Source: Tetramitus jugosus (lineage: Eukaryota; Protista; Heterolobosea). From it: a stretch of DNA of 64,000 nucleotides. The stretch covers positions 62,001 to 126,000 of the forward strand of contig OW569391.1 in NCBI GenBank assembly GCA_937625935.1, in the 5' to 3' direction. Every line of letters starts with the position of its first letter. Position 1 is the stretch's first letter. A program made the translations under genes and the position numbers. Below are positions 1 to 9,736 of the stretch, piece after piece. The notes under the pieces were generated by a model that was not told the origin of the DNA, did not search any database, and saw only the letters and a list, made by a program, of their open reading frames with translations.

Positions 1-1
1 T

Positions 2-3000
2 CCATTTCCTTTTTGGAGAATGAGTTACACGGTTTCCGATAGTTGGGTATACTGTGACGCTGGTAGAGCACGAAATTCTATTGAAGAATCTAAGGGAGCG
101 TATCACTCACTCAGACCAGAGTTTTATAGAATTTTTGAGGTGTACTCTCTGAAGCCCCCTACAGTGGATCATCGGTTCATTCTTGACATACATCACGGAG
201 TTTTCAATCAAGGATTTACTATTAATCAGGGAGATGTAGAGATATCCAACATTGTTGTTAGGTATCACGATAGAGATGTTTATCAAGATGGTTTAGAAAA
301 GTATGCCATGGCATTCACAGCACGTCAGTACGATGCTGAGTTGGATGTGAATTCGATTAGTTTTGTTCCTCTACAGTATGCTGATCCTGTCAATACTTAC
401 AATACTATTTACATGACTCCTGAGTACTTTAAGAATGTAGTGTCTTGCGATCAACGACCCTATACTGGTCTCGAGCATTCAATGACATTTTACACAAGAA
501 ATATTTCTCATTCAGTTCAGAAACTCGCGGGATACGCAAACAGACTTCAACAGAGTAATAGTATTCGCTTGGAAGGATCGAATCTTGTACTAACTTATGA
601 TGACGTCAGTATTAACGAGTTGACAGTGGAGATCAGCTCGTCGGTGTTGAACTTTAAAGAAGCCTATATTGGCGAAGTCTCATACGCATTACTCCCTAAT
701 CGAAGTGCTCACTATGAGAAAAACGCTGACTATGTTTTATCCTTCATGAATAGTGGAGAAACCAATGCCACTTTTTCCCTAGAATTGACATGCATCGCTC
801 AAGTGTTTATCCATGGAGCCAGCAAGCATGAAGTTTCACTGAGCGCCAAGGAGAGTGTCACATACACCTTTTCCTTGAAATCTACAGTGACAGATGAATT
901 TATTTTATCAAAAGTTTGCAACTCTTCCATCGTAGTACATAAACTTCCGCTATGGACAAATACTAACAAAACAGTGGTACATTCTGACATTCAGTTGGAT
1001 CACGGATATTTCATTCCACGATGTGAGGTGTATTTTGTGGAACCATTCTTACAGTACTCCAAAGGAGAGTTTACTATTGATCCTTCGATAATGTTGGATA
1101 CCCCAAATCCATTTAATTTCACAATCCTCAGTGACTGGATTCTGGATGGTTCTCAACTGAAGAATAATGCCAGTATCATAGTTAAAAATGGTGCCGAGGA
1201 ACCTATTCAAGCCAATATCTCTGTGGCCCTAAGTTGCAAAGAATTCGATGTTTTACCGATGTATTATCAGAGTCTAGTACTGTCCGATGGAGACGTTTCG
1301 CTTCTCTCGTTTGAAATATTGACTAAACCTATCAGCACGGAATATGTCTTCAACAATCGGAAATCGATGAACTATTCCTGCTTTCTCAATGTAACTATTG
1401 ATATCCAAGATGATTGTTGGAGTACGATAGGTAAGGCTTTTTATGGGACTATTGATATTTTCGTTGACTTTGAGTGCCCCAATGGGTACACAGGTACTCT
1501 TTGCACAGTACCAATCTGCTCGAAGAATACGGACAATGGTTTGGCATGCTCTGGTCATGGAAACTGTACTGCACCAGACACCTGTCAATGTTCCGATGGA
1601 TACTCAGGAAGAGATTGTGAAATATTTTCTTGTTATGGAGTCGATAGCGCAAACAAGAGTGCTTGTTCTGGATATGGTAACTGTACTACTCCAGATACAT
1701 GTACATGTGACAGTGAACACTCTGGCGAAGAGTGTCAGTACCCTATCTGTTATGGTGTATCATCAAATCATTCCAGTGTCTGTTCTGGATCAGGTGTTTG
1801 TTCCTATCCCAACAATTGTACATGCTATGATACTTTCTCTGGAGTTGAATGTCAATATCACAGCTGTTATGGCTATGAAGAAACCAACTCGAGTGTATGC
1901 TCAGGGAACGGAACTTGTACTCAACCGAACATTTGTGAATGTAACATTGGGTACACTGGTCCTCAGTGTGATATTCCAAAATGTTTTACAATCAACGCCA
2001 CAAGTGAAGATGCTTGTAACTCTCAGGGTTCTTGTATCGGAGTAGATCATTGTATTTGCAATTCAAATTACACTGGACTGGAATGTAGTATTCCAATTTG
2101 CTTCTTAATAGCTGCAACTGATTCAAATGCATGCAGCTCGCATGGAACTTGTGTATCTCCAAATCGATGTCTGTGTGCTAGCAATTTCGATGGTGAGAGA
2201 TGCGAAACAAAGATAGTTCATAGTTGCGCTGGCATTTTAGCAGACAACATAACACATGTTTGCTCAGGAAGAGGGAATTGCACGGAGCCTGAGAAATGTG
2301 AATGTATGAATGGATATACAGGATTGGAATGCGAAACCCCTCTTTGTTTTTCTATTCCTGCAACTCATTTCAATGTGTGTAGCTCTCATGGGCAGTGTAT
2401 GGATAAGGATCAATGTGCTTGCCACGGAGGATATACAGGATCAAATTGCTCTTTATCAATTTGTTTTAATCGAACAGAAAATGATCCTTCTGTTTGTTCG
2501 AATCAAGGAACTTGTACTGGACCTGACGAGTGTGAGTGCTATGCTGGATTCAATGGAACGGAGTGTCAGGAAAAGATACAACCTAGTAGTGCGAATTGCT
2601 TTGGATTTGATCGATCAAACAAAAGTGTGTGCTCATCACATGGCGATTGTATCAGAGATGATGTTTGCATCTGTCACGATGGATTTGTTGGCTCTCGTTG
2701 TGAATTTGTTGTGTGTTTTGGTGATAATACCTATTGGCCAAGCTCGGTATGTTCCGGACATGGTCAATGTGTGGCTCCGGACACTTGTGTTTGTTCACCA
2801 GGTTATCACGATGTGAGGTGTCAGAATATTACCTGCTTTGGTGTCGATTCTTCTAATGTGTCAGTTTGTAGCGGTAATGGATATTGTTCTGGTCCGAACC
2901 AGTGTAGCTGTGAACCCTCCTATTCGGGTGACTTGTGTACTATCCCTGTATGTTATGGTGTTAGTTCTTCTAACATTAGTGTTTGCTCAGGACATGGTAA

Positions 3001-5047
3001 GTGCAGTCAACCTAATGAATGCGTCTGTTCAACTGGATACACGGGCTTGAAATGTGATATTCCGATATGTCATTCCATCAACAGTTCTAATTTAACTGTA
3101 TGCAGCTCAAATGGTTACTGTGTTGGTCCTGATCAATGTAGATGCTATAATGGGTTCATAGGAGATGCCTGTGATACCTTGGCTAATATCTCCCAGATAT
3201 GCCACTCATCGTTTAATATTTCGGTTATGGGTACTCACTTGAGTAGCTCTACCTCTGTTCAAGCATCTACTTTGAAATGGATATGGAGTGATGGTAAATA
3301 CCAAGCAATGCTTAATGTTACCTCTGTTAACAGTGGTCCAAGAACATTGAGCTACAATATGACTGTGCAATGTATGAATCAAGATCTCATATCATCTGAA
3401 GAGTTGCAAGTAAATGGGTCAGTACTCCTGAGTGGTCACTCTGAATCATTGTCAATGAACGTATCATATATACCTCTGATTGTTCCTGGTCAAAGAATGT
3501 TAGCATTGAACTGCTCTATTACAGCCACGATGGCTCTACACCATATGGATCAATGTGAAAAATTCGATACTGGCAATCCTCCTCAGGATATTCATCATTC
3601 AGTATCACTCGTCAATATCGACATTTGTCCATTAATACTTGAACAAAATATCAACTCAACATTCTCCGAAATTGAAACAGATGTTGAAGACTCGAAAGAT
3701 TGTTACAGTTGCTCAAGGATCAATGTTGGATCCTGGATTACAGAAGCGGGTTCAAACTATTCTATCTCTGGATCAGACGTAAATACAACGGCATACAACG
3801 AAGTATCTGTTAGGATCACAAACGATCAATCGTTCCAATCAAAGTTTAGTGGATATCTGGAATGTAAGTTGGGTGATAACGTCGTTTTCTCCATGTTCCA
3901 GGTATCTCCTCTTTTGAAAAGCATGGATCTTCATACATTCCTATACAATGTCTCTGTACCCAATGTTACATGCTTCGTGATGAATAATAATGCACCAGGA
4001 GAAAGAAGACCAATGACAGAAGATCGTCAGAGGAGAGTGAAATGTGATTTAACTCTATTTACCTGCAAATTTAGAGTCGGTATTGAGCCTAGTATCTGCT
4101 GGTCAGGACGCTACTCTCGATATGCACGAGATCTCTCTTTCGATAATATCGATTCTACCCATACATTTAAAAGACTAGTAACAAAGCAAGATATTCTACT
4201 TGTGATCATATCTGCTGTTGTGTTGGTGGTTGGTTCTGCCTTGATTCTGATCTTAACTAGACATCCTAGAGATCCCAAGTACATGATCTACTATTGCTTA
4301 GTGATCATATGCCCTAGTTTGAAAGACAATCCCGAAGGATTGACTGATCCACTAACAGCACAGACGACTGAACAAACTATTCAATGCTCTGTATGTCAAG
4401 TTCCAGCTCGTTACAGCGTTCTTGTTCCAAGTTTCTCGTCCAGAGACTCCCAATTTGATGTGTGTGATAATGAAAGATGTTTCAATCACTTAAATGATGA
4501 ATTTAATGCTGATGAACTCGAGAATGTTAGATCAGTGTACGACTACCACCTCAATCGATATTTGACTGACAGAGAGAAAATGATACTCGTTCGTCAGAGA
4601 GTACCAAAGCAAGAACCAATGTTGTTAGAACAAGCAGGTTTAAGTGATGGAGACTCCAAGATGCAAACTCCGATCAGTAAGTTACCAAAATCGCAGCAAA
4701 TTCGAATTCATCAAGTGGAACATAGCCCAAGTATTCTAGAAGAAAAAGCAATACTTCAATATGAAGACATGGTGAGTCACACGAACTTTGCTACCAATCC
4801 TTCACCTGGCAACGTAGCCAATTTTGTTCAGCTTGATGAAGAAGATTGGAGAGAGCACAGAGCTTACGAAGAGAGACATTATGTTCCTACGTTGATTGAG
4901 CCACTGGGAGATGACATCCTATTCAAGTCCAACATTTCACTGCTCAAAGGAAGACCTTTGATCAAACGGCCACCACCACCCAGACCCAACGCTGTCAAGG
5001 TGACCTCTAAAAGTGACAATCAACCATCCAACGATAACCATCAATAG
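2..5047 (+). CDS. HAP2/GCS1-like class II fusogen-related type I membrane protein with extra Ig-like modules and 14 EGF-like repeats (5' end probably outside window)
   Basis: Frame is open from base 2 (PFPFWR precedes M at 20) and no signal peptide is visible. N-terminal motifs resemble HAP2 (NTIYMTPEYFKNVVSCDQRPYTG; ELTVEISS..; NSGETNATFSLELTC..F.L..C). 14 CxxxxxxxxxxCSxxGxCxxxxxCxCxxxxxGxxC repeats at ~1510-3180. TM helix ILLVIISAVVLVVGSALILIL. EGF/TM calls are firm; the HAP2 call is moderate. Confidence 0.6.
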   Translation, partial: PFPFWRMSYTVSDSWVYCDAGRARNSIEESKGAYHSLRPEFYRIFEVYSLKPPTVDHRFILDIHHGVFNQGFTINQGDVEISNIVVRYHDRDVYQDGLEKYAMAFTARQYDAELDVNSISFVPLQYADPVNTYNTIYMTPEYFKNVVSCDQRPYTGLEHSMTFYTRNISHSVQKLAGYANRLQQSNSIRLEGSNLVLTYDDVSINELTVEISSSVLNFKEAYIGEVSYALLPNRSAHYEKNADYVLSFMNSGETNATFSLELTCIAQVFIHGASKHEVSLSAKESVTYTFSLKSTVTDEFILSKVCNSSIVVHKLPLWTNTNKTVVHSDIQLDHGYFIPRCEVYFVEPFLQYSKGEFTIDPSIMLDTPNPFNFTILSDWILDGSQLKNNASIIVKNGAEEPIQANISVALSCKEFDVLPMYYQSLVLSDGDVSLLSFEILTKPISTEYVFNNRKSMNYSCFLNVTIDIQDDCWSTIGKAFYGTIDIFVDFECPNGYTGTLCTVPICSKNTDNGLACSGHGNCTAPDTCQCSDGYSGRDCEIFSCYGVDSANKSACSGYGNCTTPDTCTCDSEHSGEECQYPICYGVSSNHSSVCSGSGVCSYPNNCTCYDTFSGVECQYHSCYGYEETNSSVCSGNGTCTQPNICECNIGYTGPQCDIPKCFTINATSEDACNSQGSCIGVDHCICNSNYTGLECSIPICFLIAATDSNACSSHGTCVSPNRCLCASNFDGERCETKIVHSCAGILADNITHVCSGRGNCTEPEKCECMNGYTGLECETPLCFSIPATHFNVCSSHGQCMDKDQCACHGGYTGSNCSLSICFNRTENDPSVCSNQGTCTGPDECECYAGFNGTECQEKIQPSSANCFGFDRSNKSVCSSHGDCIRDDVCICHDGFVGSRCEFVVCFGDNTYWPSSVCSGHGQCVAPDTCVCSPGYHDVRCQNITCFGVDSSNVSVCSGNGYCSGPNQCSCEPSYSGDLCTIPVCYGVSSSNISVCSGHGKCSQPNECVCSTGYTGLKCDIPICHSINSSNLTVCSSNGYCVGPDQCRCYNGFIGDACDTLANISQICHSSFNISVMGTHLSSSTSVQASTLKWIWSDGKYQAMLNVTSVNSGPRTLSYNMTVQCMNQDLISSEELQVNGSVLLSGHSESLSMNVSYIPLIVPGQRMLALNCSITATMALHHMDQCEKFDTGNPPQDIHHSVSLVNIDICPLILEQNINSTFSEIETDVEDSKDCYSCSRINVGSWITEAGSNYSISGSDVNTTAYNEVSVRITNDQSFQSKFSGYLECKLGDNVVFSMFQVSPLLKSMDLHTFLYNVSVPNVTCFVMNNNAPGERRPMTEDRQRRVKCDLTLFTCKFRVGIEPSICWSGRYSRYARDLSFDNIDSTHTFKRLVTKQDILLVIISAVVLVVGSALILILTRHPRDPKYMIYYCLVIICPSLKDNPEGLTDPLTAQTTEQTIQCSVCQVPARYSVLVPSFSSRDSQFDVCDNERCFNHLNDEFNADELENVRSVYDYHLNRYLTDREKMILVRQRVPKQEPMLLEQAGLSDGDSKMQTPISKLPKSQQIRIHQVEHSPSILEEKAILQYEDMVSHTNFATNPSPGNVANFVQLDEEDWREHRAYEERHYVPTLIEPLGDDILFKSNISLLKGRPLIKRPPPPRPNAVKVTSKSDNQPSNDNHQ

Positions 5048-5252
5048 ACTAAATAGAACCATTCTTGGAACACACCAATAAACCAAAAAAACGTAAAGAG
5101 CCGTTTTTTTGATCATCTGGAATCGTATCAAAAAAAAGAACTTGCAACCAAACCTTCGCATCTCATAAAAAGGAATTCAACTCAATCACACCGAACAACA
5201 CTAAGAGAAGGACACTTTTAGATAACGACCACAACAACAAAAAACACAGAAT

Positions 5253-6092
5253 ATGGATCCTACATTACTGCCTACTTCACTGCTCGTACTGAGAGATGCA
5301 CTCAGTCTTCTCGGCGTATGCTTCAATGTTGTGCGGTATATTTCTCCGATGAAATTGTTGAGTGAATCGCGAGACACTGCACAAAAATACCGGAGTAGCA
5401 CCGGTTCGCGCCATTCCCCCACCGATGCTTCACCTACGGCGGCCCACCCCATTCCAACTTCCCCTTCAGTAGATCGACCATCCATAGGTCTTTTGCCTCC
5501 ATCGAAAGCTCAATACAAGGCAACTCAACAGCTGAGTGGTATGCCCTACGTGTGTCAAAATGCTTCGAGCTTCTTCTGGTTGACCTATGCTTTCATGAAC
5601 CATATTACTTCTCTGTTGTTGATCAACATGTTTGGTGCCGTCATGTCTGCCTATTACATGTACCTCTACTATCAAATTACAAAGAACAAGAGAGGTTATC
5701 TGGTGAGAGTCTTGTTGGGTCAAGCTCTATTCATTAGCTCCATCTTTCTATTGAGATATCAAATCAATGTGAATCAGATGGAGCTAGACACGGCACTCAA
5801 GTGGTGGGGCTTTGCTGCGACGTGCATCACCATTATCAACTTTGGCAGTCCATTGTCTACGCTGAAAACAGTGTTGAAAACAAAGGACTCTGAGTCTATT
5901 CCACTGCACTTGACTCTGGCCAACTTGTGTGGTGCGCTCACGTGGACACTGTATGGAATTTTGCGTTTTGATCGGTTCATTGTCATGCCGAATTGTATTG
6001 GAGCCATGTTGTCCATTCTGAACGTGACGGTCAAGTATGTGTACAGACAGGAAAAGATGGCAGACTATGGTCATACAGTCACACTGTTGTAA
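5253..6092 (+). CDS. SWEET/MtN3-family sugar transporter
   Basis: Two MtN3 repeats: ISPM...MPY...FWLTYA and FGSPLSTLKTVLKTKDSESIP...WTLYG...FIVMPNCIG. Confidence 0.9.
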   Translation: MDPTLLPTSLLVLRDALSLLGVCFNVVRYISPMKLLSESRDTAQKYRSSTGSRHSPTDASPTAAHPIPTSPSVDRPSIGLLPPSKAQYKATQQLSGMPYVCQNASSFFWLTYAFMNHITSLLLINMFGAVMSAYYMYLYYQITKNKRGYLVRVLLGQALFISSIFLLRYQINVNQMELDTALKWWGFAATCITIINFGSPLSTLKTVLKTKDSESIPLHLTLANLCGALTWTLYGILRFDRFIVMPNCIGAMLSILNVTVKYVYRQEKMADYGHTVTLL

Positions 6093-6408
6093 ATCTACAG
6101 CAAGTGAACGATATCCCAACAGCGGGCATGTGATACAAACACATGCATTTCTCTCGCAAACTCGGCGAAAAATTGTACAGATCATCACATATTGATTATT
6201 TATTGGTTGTTGTTTTGTTGTTGTCTGATCAAAGGATATAAAAACCCGTTCAAAAGCATTTTGCAGACAATACATTGGTGTTTTGTAGAAAAGTATAGAT
6301 TGTTTAGAAAGACTCGTCGTGTCTATTCCTCTCATATGGTTGTTGTTATTCACGTGGTCGTCGTTTCCCTCCAATTCTTGTTGTTGTTGTTCACTGCTTG
6401 TACAAAAT

Positions 6409-7536
6409 TTAGAACTCACGATCAATACGCCAGAATGGAGTGTTGGTATTATTACCCATCTTTTTCCATTGACCGAATCCAGGTTCTCTATCATCGACAT
6501 CCTCTGGCAACACCTCCTCCACATCGCGCACCAATTCTTCCACTTGACAAAACACGTTGCCTGTTGTTGTAAATTCCAAATCGTGACCCACAGCCAGTGC
6601 ATAGTATGCTTCGGCACCAATCTTGGCCACTTCGGCATCATGCTCATCCAATTGACGAATCAATCGAGCAGGCTTTCCGGCCCACAATTCACCTGCAGGC
6701 ACTCTTCTTCCAGGTGGTACAAGTGCACCGGCAGCCACTACTGCACCATCTTCAATGACAGCACCCTCCAGAATGGTTGCATTCATTCCAATGAGGCAAT
6801 TGTTACCAATGGTACAGGATTGAAGGTAGGCAGAGTGACCAATGGTAGTGTGAGAGCCAATGCTCACTTCTCCAGTCTTTCCAGATTCATTTGGTCGATC
6901 ACTCACCGTAATCACCACACCATCTTGAATATTAGTGAAACCACCAATGCTAATCTCATTCAAATCACCTCTCACAACAGCATTGTACCACACACTGGCA
7001 CAATCACCCAACCACACATTACCAATGACAGTGGCACTTGGTGCGATCCATGAACCAGCACCCATTTGATGCTTTGGATCAATGTAGTTGAACCAGACAG
7101 TGTTACGATGTCTGTTGTAAGCCTCTCTGAATTGAGAATAAAGATAATTGAGGGCATTTCTGCCTCTGGTGTCTGGCACTTCAGGCTCAGGCACTGGCAC
7201 ATGGGTTCTAGGGTATTCTGCAGGGTATGTCGAATTGTCTAATATTTCGCGATCAGGCTTAAAAATGAGTCTGTGTTTTCTCTGTGATTCGAGAATGTGT
7301 CGCTTGTGTGGGTCAACTCCCAAACCACGACGTGGATGATAACGAGAGGAAGTAGTGGTACCAATGACGCTTCCACCTGCACCCACAACGTCTTCACCCT
7401 CCATCTCAGTGCTCTTGGCAGCGTTGGAACGGTGGATGATGGTGGTGTGATAGGAGGAAGCTCTTGATGATGATGAAGAGGTGAGTTGGCGGATGCATTG
7501 TCTCGTGACGAGCTTTTGTGATTGATGAATCATCAT
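6409..7536 (-). CDS. Mitochondrial gamma-carbonic anhydrase-like complex I subunit (hexapeptide left-handed beta-helix)
   Basis: WIAPSATVIGNV..SVWYNAVVRGDLNEISIGGFTNIQDG..IGMNATILEGAVIE..ELWAGKPA; Arg/Ser-rich N-terminal transit-like peptide from the first ATG at 7536. Confidence 0.9.
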   Translation of the reverse strand: MMIHQSQKLVTRQCIRQLTSSSSSRASSYHTTIIHRSNAAKSTEMEGEDVVGAGGSVIGTTTSSRYHPRRGLGVDPHKRHILESQRKHRLIFKPDREILDNSTYPAEYPRTHVPVPEPEVPDTRGRNALNYLYSQFREAYNRHRNTVWFNYIDPKHQMGAGSWIAPSATVIGNVWLGDCASVWYNAVVRGDLNEISIGGFTNIQDGVVITVSDRPNESGKTGEVSIGSHTTIGHSAYLQSCTIGNNCLIGMNATILEGAVIEDGAVVAAGALVPPGRRVPAGELWAGKPARLIRQLDEHDAEVAKIGAEAYYALAVGHDLEFTTTGNVFCQVEELVRDVEEVLPEDVDDREPGFGQWKKMGNNTNTPFWRIDREF

Positions 7537-8006
7537 TGCAAGTGGTCGTTGTTGATAAAAAAGAGTTTTTTTGGAGGGTGTTTTATTGATGCTGTGGGAG
7601 AAAAAAGCTTTTGTGATGTTGGTGGAGGACAATCCCAGGAGAGCGGCGAAAACAAAATAATTTCCGCTCCGATAGAAGAATTGTGTTGTAAATTGGTCAA
7701 CTTCAATGAACTGATTGAAGGCGCGAAGGATTTTCTTCAGCCGGCTCGAAAGTACTTATGAGGATCACAGTTCTGAGTTCTGGCTCTCACTTCCAGAAGG
7801 ATATCGAGACTGTTTTCATGCACAACACAAGAATGCAATCATTATCATTTCCATCTTTTTGACCAAGGAGATACTGCCTAAAATTAGCAGTTCACTAACT
7901 TCTTGAGTTTCTTTTCTGAGATCAAGAGAATAAAGCACGTCGCAGGGAAGAATATGACCTTGAGAAAGCAACACCACCAACAAACTCAAGATAGAGCGAC
8001 AATACA

Positions 8007-9416
8007 ATGAACAATATGTTGGTTTATCGCCCCTTTACGAAAAGAAAACATGCAAAAATTTTTCTGATTGCAGTTGCCCTTGTGCTGATCATGTTGCCTT
8101 CTCTGTTCTTCAATGGTTTCTTTGTGGGGAAAACAACCATTTCAAAACGATCTGACAATCTATTGGCAGATGAAAAACCAATACTATCTGTTCCTTCGTT
8201 ATCGCCAATAGCAAACTCAGGTTTGGACCCTAATCAAGATGAGGAAACACTTGTTCTTTCTCCTCAAGAACTTGAAATGACAAGGAATTCCACGATTGTT
8301 AAGGCGATAGAAATGCCTCGGTTGACCGTGGCTGAAAAATTGAATATCATTTCCAAGAATCATACGAGAGAAATTATTATAACAACTGCAACAAAGGGAT
8401 TTACTTCACTTCTCTTCAATTGGATGTGCAGCCTTCGGAATCTGAACCTAATTGACCAGGTACTCATATTTACGATGGATGAGTCGTTTGTGAAAGAATT
8501 GGTGGAAGAGTATGGCATACCGAGTCATCAGGTGATCACCTACACTGAGAGTATGGACTTTTCAACTTCATCGTTTGATGAACACCGCGATCAAGTCCAG
8601 AGTTCAGACACTGTACAATACCGAACACTAGATTACCAAATTTTGATGGTGCGGCGGACACAGTTCATCCACAAGGTTCTGAACTGTGATTATACAATAC
8701 TGTTGGCTGACAATGATGCTGTCTGGTGGAAGAACCCTCTCAGTTTCATTCATAGGCAATATGCAAAAAAGCGTTATGATTTTCTTGCACAAAACGATGG
8801 TCCTATTCCGGGCAGGGATGGCGTATGTGGTGGATTCATCTACATGAAACCAACGATGCGAATGAAGAAGTTGTGGGATATGGTTACAAGGAACCACACT
8901 CATGCAGTGATGGATCTGGGTCAGTATAAGTTAACGGAGCAAGATTTACTAAACTTGTTACTGCCAGATTCAGGTGCAATAGGCCTTCTCTTACCTAGAG
9001 TGCTCTATCCATCAGGTTATTACATGTTCAAGTATCTGATACTTAAACCAAAATTAAAACCATTGGTGCATGTAGTTCATAACAATTGGATTGTAGGGTC
9101 ACTGAATAAGATTGTCAGATTCAAGTACAACAAGATGTGGTACCTCGGAAGGAATGATCCGAACCGGACCAACAAGGATGAAAGGTACCGGTTTACTTGT
9201 GATTTCTCTGGAAGAGAATGGGCTCCACCCAATGTTGCACCTGATACTGTGCCTGTCATTTTTGGTAACCTTCCCACAGTCGGTGGTGAGCAAGTGCACA
9301 ATGGAACCAACTTACCAGAGCCTTCGGTCTCTCAGGACACTGCCCTTCAACTCAACAACTCGACCAAACACGAGGCAGTGGAACAACATATTATCGAGGA
9401 CTTAAACTTGCAATGA
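8007..9416 (+). CDS. Nucleotide-diphospho-sugar transferase (GT77-like), type II membrane protein
   Basis: N-terminal TM; LFNWMCSL; LADNDAVWWKNP (DxD); CGGFIYM; EQDLLN; HNNWIVG..KIVRFK..MWY. Confidence 0.85.
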   Translation: MNNMLVYRPFTKRKHAKIFLIAVALVLIMLPSLFFNGFFVGKTTISKRSDNLLADEKPILSVPSLSPIANSGLDPNQDEETLVLSPQELEMTRNSTIVKAIEMPRLTVAEKLNIISKNHTREIIITTATKGFTSLLFNWMCSLRNLNLIDQVLIFTMDESFVKELVEEYGIPSHQVITYTESMDFSTSSFDEHRDQVQSSDTVQYRTLDYQILMVRRTQFIHKVLNCDYTILLADNDAVWWKNPLSFIHRQYAKKRYDFLAQNDGPIPGRDGVCGGFIYMKPTMRMKKLWDMVTRNHTHAVMDLGQYKLTEQDLLNLLLPDSGAIGLLLPRVLYPSGYYMFKYLILKPKLKPLVHVVHNNWIVGSLNKIVRFKYNKMWYLGRNDPNRTNKDERYRFTCDFSGREWAPPNVAPDTVPVIFGNLPTVGGEQVHNGTNLPEPSVSQDTALQLNNSTKHEAVEQHIIEDLNLQ

Positions 9417-9736
9417 AAAAAATCATAACTTCCTTTGGATGACTGCTTCATTGGTTTGTCTTGCGTGTGGCAGCTTGGAATTCCTATCCCCCGAAAGTCC
9501 TTCCATGACCTGTTTGGATTATTCCAAGGAGGTTTGGGACAGACGGGAAATTCCACTGTCGCGATCTCCTTTGGTGTCAAACAAACACCTGAAACACAAA
9601 AAAAATCTCACACAAAAAGCTTCCACTTCACCAAGCACAACATAAAGCTCTAGCTTGCCACACTTTTGGTCGAAAGAAAAAAATTGGACTTGAGACTACA
9701 ACACCAACCAACACCAATCATTTAAATAAAACAACC

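Noticed and set aside
1510-3180. Periodic ~115 bp pattern as a CRISPR or satellite array
   Set aside because: It is the coding EGF repeat array; there are no identical nucleotide repeats with spacers
5784-7053. Long overlapping ORFs 5784-6647 (-) and 6319-7053 (+)
   Set aside because: Shadow frames overlapping the SWEET and gamma-CA genes
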